64,000 nt of DNA. Source: Chloroflexota bacterium. GTDB taxonomy: Bacteria; Chloroflexota; Anaerolineae; B4-G1; DUEL01. The stretch's first letter is position 1. Each line of letters begins with the position of its first letter. Positions 44,306 to 53,735 of this stretch are shown piece after piece. The position numbers and the translations under genes were made by a program. The DNA lies in assembly GCA_014874475.1 (NCBI GenBank), contig JADBJJ010000008.1:893-64892 (forward strand), given 5' to 3'. A model generated the notes under the pieces. It did not search any database. It saw only the letters and a list, made by a program, of their open reading frames with translations, and was not told the origin of the DNA.

Positions 44306-44333
44306 TTGCACAATTTCTGAAACGTGTTATAAT
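44306..44333 (+). promoter_or_regulatory. Sigma-70 promoter with extended -10, upstream of the lipoprotein gene
   Basis: TTGCAC (44306-44311), 16-nt spacer ending in TGT, TATAAT (44328-44333). Preceded by a 9-bp GC hairpin TCGGCGGCG...CGCCGCCGA (44269-44300) that may terminate the upstream gene. Leaves a leader of about 110 nt. Confidence 0.5.
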
Positions 44334-44451
44334 CCTTTTGCTAAGAGTCTCAGCCTGGCTGTCAGCAGAGTTGCCCCCTTACACAACGACCTCTCCTCTT
44401 CTGAAAGCCTCCTGACTCAAAGTATCCCATCCCAACGCTCAGGAGAGCACT

Positions 44452-45378
44452 ATGAAAAAAGTATCCTTGTTCATCGCCGCCGGCGCGCTGATGCTAGCCG
44501 CGCTGGCCTGTGGCGGCCCCACCCCCCTCCCGCCGACCGCTCCCCCACCGACAGATGTCCCGCCGACCGCTGTTCCGCCGACAAAGGCTCCGTCATCCCA
44601 GCAGCCTTCTGGAACTATGGAACTGACGCTGAAGAACGACTCCGGCATTACCCTCTGCTCCGTCTACATTTCCTCCACCGAGAGCGACTCATGGGGAGAT
44701 AACTGGCTGGATGAGAACGAAGCCATCCGGTCCGGCGGTAGCCGGAGTTTCCAGGTGCCGGAGGGCGCTTACGATATGCGGGCCGACGATTGCGACGGCA
44801 ATCTGGTCGCCTACTATATGGGCGTGGACCTGACCGGCAGTATGACGTGGTCCCTGGACCCCCTCCAGCGGGCACCTGTACTGGTCATCAACAACTCCAG
44901 CCAAGAGATTTGCTATCTGTACATCTCCCAATCGGATAGCGAGACCTGGGGCCCCGATTGGATGGGAGAGGACACCACCATTCCGGCAGGAAGCACTCGG
45001 ACCTTCCAGGTACCCCTGGGGACCTACGACCTGCGCGCCGACGACTGCGACCAAAACCCGCTGAACATTCAATCGGGTATCAACGTGGACGCCGAGGGCA
45101 TTACCTGGACCCTGGAAGATGTGGAAGAGGCCTCGTTGACCCTGATCAACCAACTGGACATCCCCATCTGTTACGTCCTGATCTCCCCCTCCGGCAGCGC
45201 TGAATGGGGCAACGACTGGCTGGGCGACGAGACAATCCCGCCAGGCGGTTCGTACACCTTCCGCATCCCGGCGGGCACGTATGACCTGAGCGCCCGCGAC
45301 TGCGAGGGCAATTCGGTCAGCGAGGATGTGTATGACCAGGAAATCACCGGAGAGATGACCTGGACAATTGCGCCGTAA
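44452..45378 (+). CDS. Lipoprotein with three copies of an uncharacterised repeat domain of about 80 aa
   Basis: Lipobox MKKVSLFIAAGALMLAALAC|GG followed by a PT linker. Three repeats share L(T/V)(L/I)xN.S...(I/L)C.(V/L)YIS...S(D/E).WG.(D/N)W(L/M)...I..G(G/S)(S/T)..F.(V/I)P.G(A/T)YD(M/L)...DC(D/E)(G/Q)N. Confidence 0.7.
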   Translation: MKKVSLFIAAGALMLAALACGGPTPLPPTAPPPTDVPPTAVPPTKAPSSQQPSGTMELTLKNDSGITLCSVYISSTESDSWGDNWLDENEAIRSGGSRSFQVPEGAYDMRADDCDGNLVAYYMGVDLTGSMTWSLDPLQRAPVLVINNSSQEICYLYISQSDSETWGPDWMGEDTTIPAGSTRTFQVPLGTYDLRADDCDQNPLNIQSGINVDAEGITWTLEDVEEASLTLINQLDIPICYVLISPSGSAEWGNDWLGDETIPPGGSYTFRIPAGTYDLSARDCEGNSVSEDVYDQEITGEMTWTIAP

Positions 45379-45440
45379 AAAAACAAGACGTGCCAGGCAC
45401 GTTCAGAAGAGCCCGGCACGTCCCCGGTTTTTTCCTACAA

Positions 45441-46064
45441 TTACAACAACCAGGGGTTAAACCGTTTCTCCTGCCCCACCGTCGTCTTCGGGCCGTGGCC
45501 CGGGTAGAGGACCGTCTCATCGGGTAGTGCGAAGAGGACCTCCCCGATGGAGCGCATCAGAGTATCCCAGTCTCCGCCGGGGAGGTCTGTCCGTCCCACA
45601 CCCATAGCGAAGAGGACGTCGCCGTCAAAAGCCACTCCCTGGTCGGGCAGATAGAAGGTGACGCTGCCCGGCGAGTGGCCCGGGGTGTGTAGAACCTGAA
45701 TTCGGAGCATCCCCACCTCCAGGATCTGCCCGTCCGCCAGTTCCAGGTCGGGCGGGGGGCTGGCGGAGATAGGGACTCCGAACCACGTAGCACCCCCGCG
45801 CGATTCCAGAATGGGCCGCTCCGCCGGATGGATCGCCAGCGGCGCGCCCGTCGCTGCAACCACATCGGCGTTGGCAGCCATGTGGTCAAAGTGGCAATGG
45901 GTGTTCAGAACGTACCGGACCGTCAGGCCGGCCTCCCGAACCGCGCGCAGGATGCGCTCCGGATGGCCACCGGGGTCAATGATAGCCCCCTCCTGCGTCT
46001 GTTCGCAGCCGATGATGTAGCAGTTCGTCTGAATCAGGCCGACGGATAAGGTCTGCAAAATCAT
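45441..46064 (-). CDS. MBL-fold metallo-hydrolase (glyoxalase II-like)
   Basis: Start reassigned to the ATG at 46064, giving MILQTLSVGLIQTNCYIIGC. HCHFDH zinc motif, then TPGHSPG. Confidence 0.8.
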   Translation of the reverse strand: MILQTLSVGLIQTNCYIIGCEQTQEGAIIDPGGHPERILRAVREAGLTVRYVLNTHCHFDHMAANADVVAATGAPLAIHPAERPILESRGGATWFGVPISASPPPDLELADGQILEVGMLRIQVLHTPGHSPGSVTFYLPDQGVAFDGDVLFAMGVGRTDLPGGDWDTLMRSIGEVLFALPDETVLYPGHGPKTTVGQEKRFNPWLL

Positions 46065-46141
46065 CCGAAAATCCCTCCGTAGGAGCAGGGCTTGCCCCTG
46101 CCTCTGGACAGTCGCCAGGCGAGCAACTGCCGGGGTTGCCC

Positions 46142-47305
46142 CTACACCTCCACCCGCGTTGCGCCGTCCAGCGCTTCCTGGACCAAGCGGTCCATCTCCA
46201 CCCTCTCTTCTGCCTGCAGGGTTTCCTCCATCCGGGGATGGGTGACCACCCGACGGGGCATCAGGAACTGGCAGCAATCGTCCCCGGGCATCAGGGAAAG
46301 GGTATAGGTACCGATGCGCTCTGCCAGCGCGGTGATCTCCGTCTTATCCAGGCTGATGAGGGGACGGAGGACAGGCAATCCCGCCGCATCTTCCACCACC
46401 GTCAGGCTCTCCAAAGTCTGGGAAGCAACTTGCCCCAGCGATTCGCCGGTAAAGATGGCTTTCGCCCCCTCCCGCCGGGCCAAGGCTGTTGCCACCCGCA
46501 TCATCAGGCGACGATAAAGGATGACCCGGTAGGCCACCGGCGCCTGCACCGTAATCTCCCGTTGTTGCTTTCCGATGGGGACGATGTAAAGGTACGGCTC
46601 CATCCCATACCGCCCCAGCGCGCGCACCATCTCCCGCGCCCGGCTCTCTGACCCCATCCAGTTGCCGAAAGGCCGACTGTGGAAGTGGATAGGGATGACG
46701 CGGCACCCCCGTTTGAGGGCGAAGTAACCCGCTACTGGCGAATCTATCCCGCCGGAAAGGAGCAGGACAACCTTGCCGCTGACGCCAACCGGCAGTCCCC
46801 CCAACCCCGGTATTCGTCCCAGATAGACCACCGCCCGGTTCCGCAGAATCTCCACTCCGATATCCAGTTCCGCGCCCTTGAGTCGGACCGGCCATCCCGT
46901 CCGCGCCTGCACCGCCGCGCCCAGTTCCCGCTGAATCTCCGGCGAAGTCAACGGGAAGGATTTGTCATCCCGGCTGGCGGTGATGCGGAACGTGCGAGGC
47001 GGCCCTTCTGGCAGATTCTCCAGAATGACGGCCCGGATGGCCTCCATATCCGGGGGCACCAGGTAGATAGGAGCGAAGTAGGCAATACCGAAAACCGGGC
47101 TCAGCGCCTCCTCCCAGGCCGACGGTGCCCAGGGGGCATCCAGGTGGACCAGAAACCGCCCGGAGAGGCGCTCCACCCGTCCTTTCCCGCCCAAATGTTC
47201 CACCCGACGGAGAATGTTCTGGGCCAGGACGCGCTCAAAGAAAGCGCGGTTCCCCCCTTTCAGGCCGATCTCGGCGTAATGGACGACAGCATGCGGTGTC
47301 TCCAT
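46142..47305 (-). CDS. thiI: tRNA 4-thiouridine synthase ThiI (no rhodanese domain)
   Basis: Start at the ATG at 47305, giving METPHAVVHYAEIGLKGGNR (THUMP region). PP-loop SGGIDSPVAG. The 550-aa track ORF is an artefactual extension overlapping the upstream gene. Confidence 0.85.
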   Translation of the reverse strand: METPHAVVHYAEIGLKGGNRAFFERVLAQNILRRVEHLGGKGRVERLSGRFLVHLDAPWAPSAWEEALSPVFGIAYFAPIYLVPPDMEAIRAVILENLPEGPPRTFRITASRDDKSFPLTSPEIQRELGAAVQARTGWPVRLKGAELDIGVEILRNRAVVYLGRIPGLGGLPVGVSGKVVLLLSGGIDSPVAGYFALKRGCRVIPIHFHSRPFGNWMGSESRAREMVRALGRYGMEPYLYIVPIGKQQREITVQAPVAYRVILYRRLMMRVATALARREGAKAIFTGESLGQVASQTLESLTVVEDAAGLPVLRPLISLDKTEITALAERIGTYTLSLMPGDDCCQFLMPRRVVTHPRMEETLQAEERVEMDRLVQEALDGATRVEV

Positions 47306-47310
47306 GCCCT

Positions 47311-49923
47311 CTACTCCGTGTTCCGCATTTCGTGCCCCGTCATCTGTCGCACCAGAGCCTCCTCCTCCTCTCGCGTCGTGATTGTCCCGTCCAGGCGGGC
47401 ATTCCGCAGCGCGCGCAATAACTGGCCAAAGAGCGGCCCCGGACGCAAGCCCATGGCCTTCAGGTCTTCGCCGGTCAAGATGGGGGTCACATACCGGTAG
47501 CGGGTCTGGAAGGCAAACAGGTGGGCCCGGACCTCGGTCCGGCGATCCGCTACCCAGCCCACCGCCAGAAGGCGCGCCGGATACAGTTCCAGCCAGCGGC
47601 AAATCTGGCTCGGTTGCTGCAGCGTTGGCAGCAGGTCCAGGTCCCGACGCAGGTCGGGGAGACGTGCCAAACCCTGGGCCTCGGAGCGAGGCATCCGCAG
47701 CCGTTCGGCCACCGAGCGCAGGGCACTGGGCTCCAGCCGGTATAGCAGAAGCCCCCAGTACACAAACAGTCGGTCTTCCCCCTCCAGTTCCCAAACCTTT
47801 AAGTCCAGACCTTTGCGCGCCTCGCGAAAACGGGCGACCAGCCAGTGGTCGCAGTGGAGGACCGGATGTATCTGGGAGAGGACCCCCAGCCGCTCCAGCC
47901 GACAGAGGGCCCGTTCCGGCTCCTCTTCCGCCAGAATCAGTTCCAGTTCGTGCCGGATGCGGTCGCCGCTGACCCGGTTCAACATCGGGAGGGCATTGGC
48001 GATGAGGCCCTCGCTGCGGGGGTCCAGGCGGAAGCCCAGGCGGGCCTCCAGGCGGGCAGCGCGCAGGATGCGGGTCGGGTCGTCTATGAAACTGAGGCTG
48101 TGGAGGACGCGGATGACACCCTCCCGCAGGTCGACCTCCCCGCCATAGAAATCCAGCAGTTCCCCCCAGTGAGGCGGGTCCAGCCGGATGGCCAGCGTGT
48201 TGATGGTGAAATCCCGCCGGTGGAGGTCCTGTTTGATGGAACTGCGCTCCACCTCCGGCAGGGCGGTGGGATGGGTGTAGAACTCAGTCCGGGCAGTGGC
48301 GAAGTCCACCGCCGAGACAGCCTGGTCCGGTGGCGGCGAACTGCCCATCTCCTGCCAGACCCGGTCATCCGGCAGCCATTTGGCCGTGCCGAAGCGGCGG
48401 TGGGCCACTACCCGACCGCCGAACTGACGGGCCAGGTGGCGGGCCAGACGGACGGCGTCCCCTTCCACCACCAGGTCCAGATCCACCACCGGCTGCCCCA
48501 GGAGCAGGTCCCGCACCGGCCCACCGACCAGATAGAGGCTGAAACCCATCTGCTGGGCAGCCTCAGCAGTCCGCCGGACCAGGGCCAGGACCGGAGGCGG
48601 CACGGCCGCCTCCAGCAAAGCCCCAATCTGCTCCCGGCGAGAGGGGCCAGGCTCAACTTTTCCCCAGAGCGTGATGAGATCGGTGCGGGTGACGACGCCG
48701 ACGATATCGCCGTTCTCCACCACCGGCACCTGGCCCCAGCCAGTCTCCATCATCAGCCGCTGCAGGCTCTCCACCGAATCGTCTGGAGAGACCACAACAC
48801 TGCCCGGCTCCATAATCTGCCGGATGCTCTCAGCAGCCATGCCGAACTGGATGGCCCGATCGACCGCCCGGCGGGTGAGCAGACCGATCACCCGCCCGTT
48901 CTCCACCACCGGGAAGCCCTCATGGCCGGTCCGGCGCATCCGCTCGTCGGCCTCGGCGATGGAGGTATCCGGGGAGAGAATCTGCACGCCCCGGGACATA
49001 ATCTGCCGGACGGTCACCGCCGGGCGGACAGCGCGGGGGAGCAACTCCAGAAGTTCAGCCCGGACAGACTCCAGAGTACGGTCCCGCACCAGCGCGGCCG
49101 CGGCGCGGGCATGCCCGCCGCCGCCGAAGTGAGCAGCGACGACCGATACATCTATATCGCCGGTCGCGGAGCGGGCCACCAGTTGGACATGGTTATTCAG
49201 CGCGACCAGGACAAACAGGGCCGACGGCTCCAGGATGTCCCGCAAACGGTGGGCCAGGGTGGAAATCTCTTCCTCGTACTTCCCCGCCCGCCCGGAGGCC
49301 ACCACAATGGTATGGCCGCCGATGCGGTGGGTGGTCGCCGATTCCAGCAGTCGCTCATATAACTCCTGCTGGCTGGGCGTCAACGGATACTGAAGGAATT
49401 CCCCGACAATGGTCAGGCTGGCCCTCCGCTCCAGAAGCCAGGCCGCCGCCCGTGCGTCCCGCGCCGTAGTGGTCATATAAGAGAGGTTGCCAGTGTCCTC
49501 GTAAATCCCCATCAGAAGCAGGGTGGCCTCTATAGGCGTCACCGGGATTCCCCGCCGAGCCATCTCTTCTACCAGAAGCGTCGTCGTCGCCCCCAGCGGT
49601 TCCCCCCGAAACGTCCAGTGCGGGGGCAGTTCCCGGCTCAGGGCATGATGGTCTATGATATCCACCGGCGTATCGGGCCGCATGCCCCGGATAGTGGTCA
49701 GTGCTTGAGTGTCCACCAGGATGACCCGACGGATAGTGCGGCGGGGGAGGTCGTCGGGATGGACAAAGGGCAGCGCCGCGCCGTACAGAGAAAGAAACGC
49801 CTGACCGTTCCGGTTGACGCGGCGCGGCAGGACAGGCACCGCCTCCGGGAACAGTTTCTGCGCCCCCAACAGGGAAGCGATGGCGTCAAAATCAGCGTTC
49901 TCGTGGGTCAGAATCACTTCCAT
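47311..49923 (-). CDS. DHH/DHHA1 phosphoesterase, CBS pair, tRNA nucleotidyltransferase (CCA-adding / poly(A) polymerase family) fusion
   Basis: N-terminus ILTHENADFDAIAS, DHH, GGGGH (DHHA1). Two CBS modules (IMSRGVQIL...; IMEPGSVVV...). Then LVGGPVRDLLLGQPVVDLDLVVEG and RRDFTINTLA. Likely start is the ATG at 49923; the track uses TTG at 49962. Confidence 0.8.
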   Translation of the reverse strand: MEVILTHENADFDAIASLLGAQKLFPEAVPVLPRRVNRNGQAFLSLYGAALPFVHPDDLPRRTIRRVILVDTQALTTIRGMRPDTPVDIIDHHALSRELPPHWTFRGEPLGATTTLLVEEMARRGIPVTPIEATLLLMGIYEDTGNLSYMTTTARDARAAAWLLERRASLTIVGEFLQYPLTPSQQELYERLLESATTHRIGGHTIVVASGRAGKYEEEISTLAHRLRDILEPSALFVLVALNNHVQLVARSATGDIDVSVVAAHFGGGGHARAAAALVRDRTLESVRAELLELLPRAVRPAVTVRQIMSRGVQILSPDTSIAEADERMRRTGHEGFPVVENGRVIGLLTRRAVDRAIQFGMAAESIRQIMEPGSVVVSPDDSVESLQRLMMETGWGQVPVVENGDIVGVVTRTDLITLWGKVEPGPSRREQIGALLEAAVPPPVLALVRRTAEAAQQMGFSLYLVGGPVRDLLLGQPVVDLDLVVEGDAVRLARHLARQFGGRVVAHRRFGTAKWLPDDRVWQEMGSSPPPDQAVSAVDFATARTEFYTHPTALPEVERSSIKQDLHRRDFTINTLAIRLDPPHWGELLDFYGGEVDLREGVIRVLHSLSFIDDPTRILRAARLEARLGFRLDPRSEGLIANALPMLNRVSGDRIRHELELILAEEEPERALCRLERLGVLSQIHPVLHCDHWLVARFREARKGLDLKVWELEGEDRLFVYWGLLLYRLEPSALRSVAERLRMPRSEAQGLARLPDLRRDLDLLPTLQQPSQICRWLELYPARLLAVGWVADRRTEVRAHLFAFQTRYRYVTPILTGEDLKAMGLRPGPLFGQLLRALRNARLDGTITTREEEEALVRQMTGHEMRNTE

Positions 49924-50131
49924 TTGCAATCTCAAAAACGCCCAATCGCGCGGATCGCGCAAATGGCATTTTCGTGAGCAAGAATCCCTTCTTCAGCGGC
50001 CTTATTGTACCGGAATCCGGGCGGGATGCAAGGGGAAGCCAGCCCGTGTGCCAGGTGTCATCGGCATGCTCCCTGGACTGTGGACAAAAGACCACAGACA
50101 AGGAGCCCCAGAGGAGAGGCGCTGCGGACCA

Positions 50132-50159
50132 TTGTGTCTTGGCAGGGCAATGGTATAAT
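50132..50159 (+). promoter_or_regulatory. Candidate promoter of purB
   Basis: TTGTGT (50132-50137), 16-nt spacer ending in TGG, TATAAT (50154-50159). It sits very close to the first possible start (GTG at 50171). Confidence 0.35.
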
Positions 50160-50170
50160 GTAAAGGCATC

Positions 50171-51595
50171 GTGTCCATTCCATCACTCTGCCTTTCCCAA
50201 ATGAGCGCACAGTTTGACCACGAAACTCACCTTTCCCCTTTCACCTGGCGCTACGGCTCGGAGGAGATGCGCCGCATCTGGAGCGAGGCCCACCGCCGCC
50301 GACTTCTGCGCCAGGTCTGGGTGGCGTTGGCCCGCGCCCAGTCCGAAATGGGTCTGGTCACCCCCAAGCAGGTCGCCGACCTGGAGGCCCACCAGGACGC
50401 TGTGGACATCGCCCGGGCGGAGGAGATAGAGGCTGAAATCCACCACGACCTGATGGCGGAACTGCGGGTGTTTGCCGAACAGTGCCCCATCGGCGGGCCG
50501 ATTCTCCATCTGGGCGCGACCAGCCAGGACATTCTGGATAACGCCGACGCGCTCCGGTTGCGGGAAGCACTGGCCCTGATCCGCCTCCGCTTGACCGACC
50601 TCCTCTCCGCCTTCGCCGACCGGATAGAAGAGACCGCCGACCTGGCCTGTATGGGCTACACCCATCTGCAGCCAGCCGAACCGACGACCGTGGGCTACCG
50701 TCTGGCCCAGTACGCCCAGGACCTGATGGACGACCTGGAGGCTGTAGACCGTCTGCGGACTCACCTGCGCGGCAAGGGGTTCAAGGGAGCAGTCGGCACC
50801 GCCGCCTCCTATGCCCAACTTCTGAACCCCGCTGAGATGGAGCAACGAGCAATGGCGTTCCTGGGACTGGAGGCCTATCCGGTCACGACCCAGGTCTGCC
50901 CGCGCCGCCAGGATTGGGAGGTCATGGTAGCACTGGCGGGCATTGCCCAGAGCCTGCACCGGTTCGCTATGGACCTGCGGCTGCTGCAGTCGCCGTTGGC
51001 GGGAGAATGGAGCGAACCGTTCGGCCGCGCCCAGGTCGGCTCCTCCGCTATGCCCTTCAAACGCAACCCCATCCAGGCGGAAAATATCTGCTCCCTGGCC
51101 CGCTACGTAGCGGCGCTGCCCGCCGTTGCCTGGGAGAACGCCGCCGGTTCGCTCCTGGAGCGAACCCTAGACGACTCCGCCAACCGACGGGTCATCCTGG
51201 CAGAGGGCTTCCTGGCAACGGACGAGATGCTCCGCCGCGCGCTCCGTCTGGTGCGGGGGCTGGTGCTGGACCCGACGGCGATGGCGCGCAACCTGGCCAC
51301 CTACGGGACCTTCGCTGCGACGGAACGGCTACTGATGGAACTGGTGCGAGCCGGCGCCGACCGACAGGAGATGCACGAAGCGCTACGGGCCCACAGTATG
51401 GCCGCATGGGAGGCTATCCGCCGGGGGGAACCGAACCCACTGGCCGACCGACTGGCTGCCGACCCCCGCCTGACCGCCTGCCTGCCCCCCGAACGCATCC
51501 GCGCCCTGTTGGACGTCTCCGGCTATGTGGGGGACGCGCCCGAGCGAGCGCGGGCACTGGCACAGAGGATTCGCGAAAGAACGGGGCAGGGATAA
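50171..51595 (+). CDS. purB: Adenylosuccinate lyase
   Basis: RYGSEEMRRIWSE..., fumarate-lyase signature GSSAMPFKRNP. Start is ambiguous: GTG at 50171 or ATG at 50201. Confidence 0.88.
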   Translation: MSIPSLCLSQMSAQFDHETHLSPFTWRYGSEEMRRIWSEAHRRRLLRQVWVALARAQSEMGLVTPKQVADLEAHQDAVDIARAEEIEAEIHHDLMAELRVFAEQCPIGGPILHLGATSQDILDNADALRLREALALIRLRLTDLLSAFADRIEETADLACMGYTHLQPAEPTTVGYRLAQYAQDLMDDLEAVDRLRTHLRGKGFKGAVGTAASYAQLLNPAEMEQRAMAFLGLEAYPVTTQVCPRRQDWEVMVALAGIAQSLHRFAMDLRLLQSPLAGEWSEPFGRAQVGSSAMPFKRNPIQAENICSLARYVAALPAVAWENAAGSLLERTLDDSANRRVILAEGFLATDEMLRRALRLVRGLVLDPTAMARNLATYGTFAATERLLMELVRAGADRQEMHEALRAHSMAAWEAIRRGEPNPLADRLAADPRLTACLPPERIRALLDVSGYVGDAPERARALAQRIRERTGQG

Positions 51596-51635
51596 CGGCA
51601 AGGCCGCCCAGGGAAGGTGGAAGTTCTTTGTACTT

Positions 51636-53201
51636 TCACCTTCTGACGAAGATAACAGCGGCGGAGTCTTCGTAGATTTGCTCCCAGTGCGGAGAGGCTC
51701 GCGCGGCCGCTACCAGCGTGGGTTGCTCCTGGGGGCTCAGCATCAGCGTACAGACGCCGTAGCGGGCCAGCCGCTCCTCCCATTCGCATCCGGCAGCGGA
51801 GATATGCAGATAGTCCAACCAGACGTCCACGGCATAGAGTTCTATCCGGGAGTCCACAAAGACGGGATAAGCCGGCTGTGCGGCCCAGATGAGATAACTG
51901 CCGAAGGGCATCGCGTGGAAGAGAGGACCCGGCGGACGTTCCCGCAGGAGGAACTCCGTCGCCGCTACGGGGGTCTCGGCGGAAATGAGGCCGGCCTTGG
52001 CCGGCGGGAGGGGCAAGTGCTCCTTGAACCAGGGCAGAGTGACCAGCGCGCCGACCACCAGCAGGACGGCCAGGAGAGTGGCAGAGAACGTGCGCTTGTA
52101 GGGCGGCCCGGAGCGGAGCACAGTACCGAACAGAGCAGATAAATGCCTGGCCCAGACCGGCGCCATAACCAGACCGAACCAGATGGCTCCCCGCACTGTC
52201 CGCAGGCCCAGGGCGGCGAAGGCCAGAAAGAGGAGCAGTTCCAGCGGCGCGGGCCGGCGGGGAGAGACGGCCAGCAGCGCGGCTGTCAGAAGTAACCCGA
52301 TCAGGAAGAGCGTGCCGGTGATGGTGGAGAACGTGGGTGGCGCCCATTCGGGCACCATGCCCTGAATCACGGGGTGGACAGACATTTCGGCCAGATAGGA
52401 GAACGCGCCAAGCCCGCGCGGGTTGAGAAGACATGCGGCGGCAGCCAGCGCCAGAGCGCCAGCCGCCGCAGCAGCGCCGTGGGGCAGACGAACGCTTGCC
52501 CCATCGCGCCATATCTGCCAGACCTCATCCACCAGCCACAGACCAACGATGAGCAACCCCAGCGGGAAAGAGCCGTGGCCATTGACCCAGAGCGCCATCC
52601 CTATAGGGAAAACCGCCAGCCAGCCCCAGAAACGCAGGCTCTGGCCCGTGCGGGTCGGCCCCCCCTCTCTTTCCGCCCCCCCTCCGCCCGCCCTCTCACT
52701 GCGCTGGATCTCATAGATCGCCCACAGGAAGAGCGGAGCCAAGAAAAAGGTGGCCGCCTGGGGGCGGACGTTCCAGTCGTTGATCCCCAGCGCGGCGGCC
52801 AAGAAGGTGGCCCCAGCCGCAACGCGGGGACTACCGGAAACGCGCCAGGCTAGGGCCACGGTCAACCCATACGCGGCGGTGACCGTCAGACTGTGGGCAA
52901 AGACGACCAGCGCCGGTCCGCCGAGGGAGTAAAAGAGATAAAGAAGCACTTCAGGAAGCCAGAACGCCGCATAGGAGGGATACGGCGCCCCGGCCACCGT
53001 GAAGGAGAAGGTATCCACCGCAGGGATGCGTCTGGAGGCGAGAATCTCCCGCCCCACAGCCATATGCCACCAGAAGTCGTGGGGGCGGATAGGATGAGTG
53101 TTCAGAAAAGCGAAAACGCCCAATAGGACCGTCAGCGGCCAGAGATAGGCAACCGGGATGAGGCCGCGCACTGGTCTGTACCCGGTGAAGATGTGAGCCA
53201 C
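51636..53201 (-). CDS. Large polytopic membrane protein; GT-C-fold glycosyltransferase-like (function uncertain)
   Basis: 521 aa with more than 10 hydrophobic helices. N-terminal HDFWWHMAVGREI...IP.VDTFSFT motif and a soluble C-terminal domain of about 120 aa. No confident family call. Confidence 0.45.
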   Translation of the reverse strand: MAHIFTGYRPVRGLIPVAYLWPLTVLLGVFAFLNTHPIRPHDFWWHMAVGREILASRRIPAVDTFSFTVAGAPYPSYAAFWLPEVLLYLFYSLGGPALVVFAHSLTVTAAYGLTVALAWRVSGSPRVAAGATFLAAALGINDWNVRPQAATFFLAPLFLWAIYEIQRSERAGGGGAEREGGPTRTGQSLRFWGWLAVFPIGMALWVNGHGSFPLGLLIVGLWLVDEVWQIWRDGASVRLPHGAAAAAGALALAAAACLLNPRGLGAFSYLAEMSVHPVIQGMVPEWAPPTFSTITGTLFLIGLLLTAALLAVSPRRPAPLELLLFLAFAALGLRTVRGAIWFGLVMAPVWARHLSALFGTVLRSGPPYKRTFSATLLAVLLVVGALVTLPWFKEHLPLPPAKAGLISAETPVAATEFLLRERPPGPLFHAMPFGSYLIWAAQPAYPVFVDSRIELYAVDVWLDYLHISAAGCEWEERLARYGVCTLMLSPQEQPTLVAAARASPHWEQIYEDSAAVIFVRR

Positions 53202-53225
53202 CTTCTACCTACTCCCAACGCTTCG

Positions 53226-53354
53226 CTATTCGATCAGCCCCAGCCAGCGGCGGGCGAAAGCGCGAACCATTTTGGCCATTCCGACGGCTTCGCGGGCCTC
53301 CTCCAGAGAAGGCTCTTCTTTGGCTACCCAGTCCAGGGGGTCACTCTCTTTCAT
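53226..53354 (-). pseudogene. Truncated HEPN-domain remnant (42 codons)
   Basis: Translation MKESDPLDWVAKEEPSLEEAREAVGMAKMVRAFARRWLGLIE. It looks like the first helix (DW..KAEEDL-like) and last helix of a HEPN protein joined, without the catalytic middle. The start overlaps the stop of the upstream MNT-like gene by 14 nt, as in MNT/HEPN operons. Confidence 0.35.
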
Positions 53355-53720
53355 ACAGGCAAACCCCTTTCGTGAGCACCTCGCGCAAAAAGGGCGAGAA
53401 CGTCCGTAGAGCCTCTTCCACTTCTTCAGGCGTTTTGACGATCAGGTCCAGCGGGAACAGACGGGGCTTCAAGGCCATCGCCACGCGCAAGTACCGCTCC
53501 CGGTAAGGCTCCTCTGTCCGCACGATGACCAGCAAATCCACATCGCTATCGGGGGTAGGGTTGCCAGAGGCATACGAGCCGAGATGAGATTCTCAATGGC
53601 CTTCGGCAGCGTCTCAGCGACCGGAGGCAAGCCCCGGGGAGCAACATCTTTGGGAAGAGAAATGGACTGATACGCCCCATCGGGTGTCTCTCGTGCCTCA
53701 ATCAACAGAGGCCGATCCAA
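53341..53720 (-). pseudogene. Frameshifted MNT-type nucleotidyltransferase (minimal NTase, antitoxin-like)
   Basis: The frame of ORF 53469-53720 gives ...SLPKDV...LPKAIENLIS. The frame of ORF 53341-53541, extended upstream, gives GSYASGNPTPDSDVDLLVIVRTEE.... These are the two halves of the (L/I)FGSYArG...D.D motif. They are separated by a 1-nt frame change near 53580-53585; ATC-TC-GGC-TCG would read IFGS if one T were restored. Confidence 0.6.
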
Positions 53721-53735
53721 CCCTCTGCCGTCCCC

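Noticed and set aside
47306-47794. Long N-terminal extension of thiI (550-aa track ORF), and similarly 46065-46277 for the MBL hydrolase and 8842-8985 for the aminopeptidase
   Set aside because: The extensions are Gly/Pro/Arg/Ala-rich, overlap the upstream gene or the intergenic region, and precede internal ATG codons where the conserved family N-termini begin.
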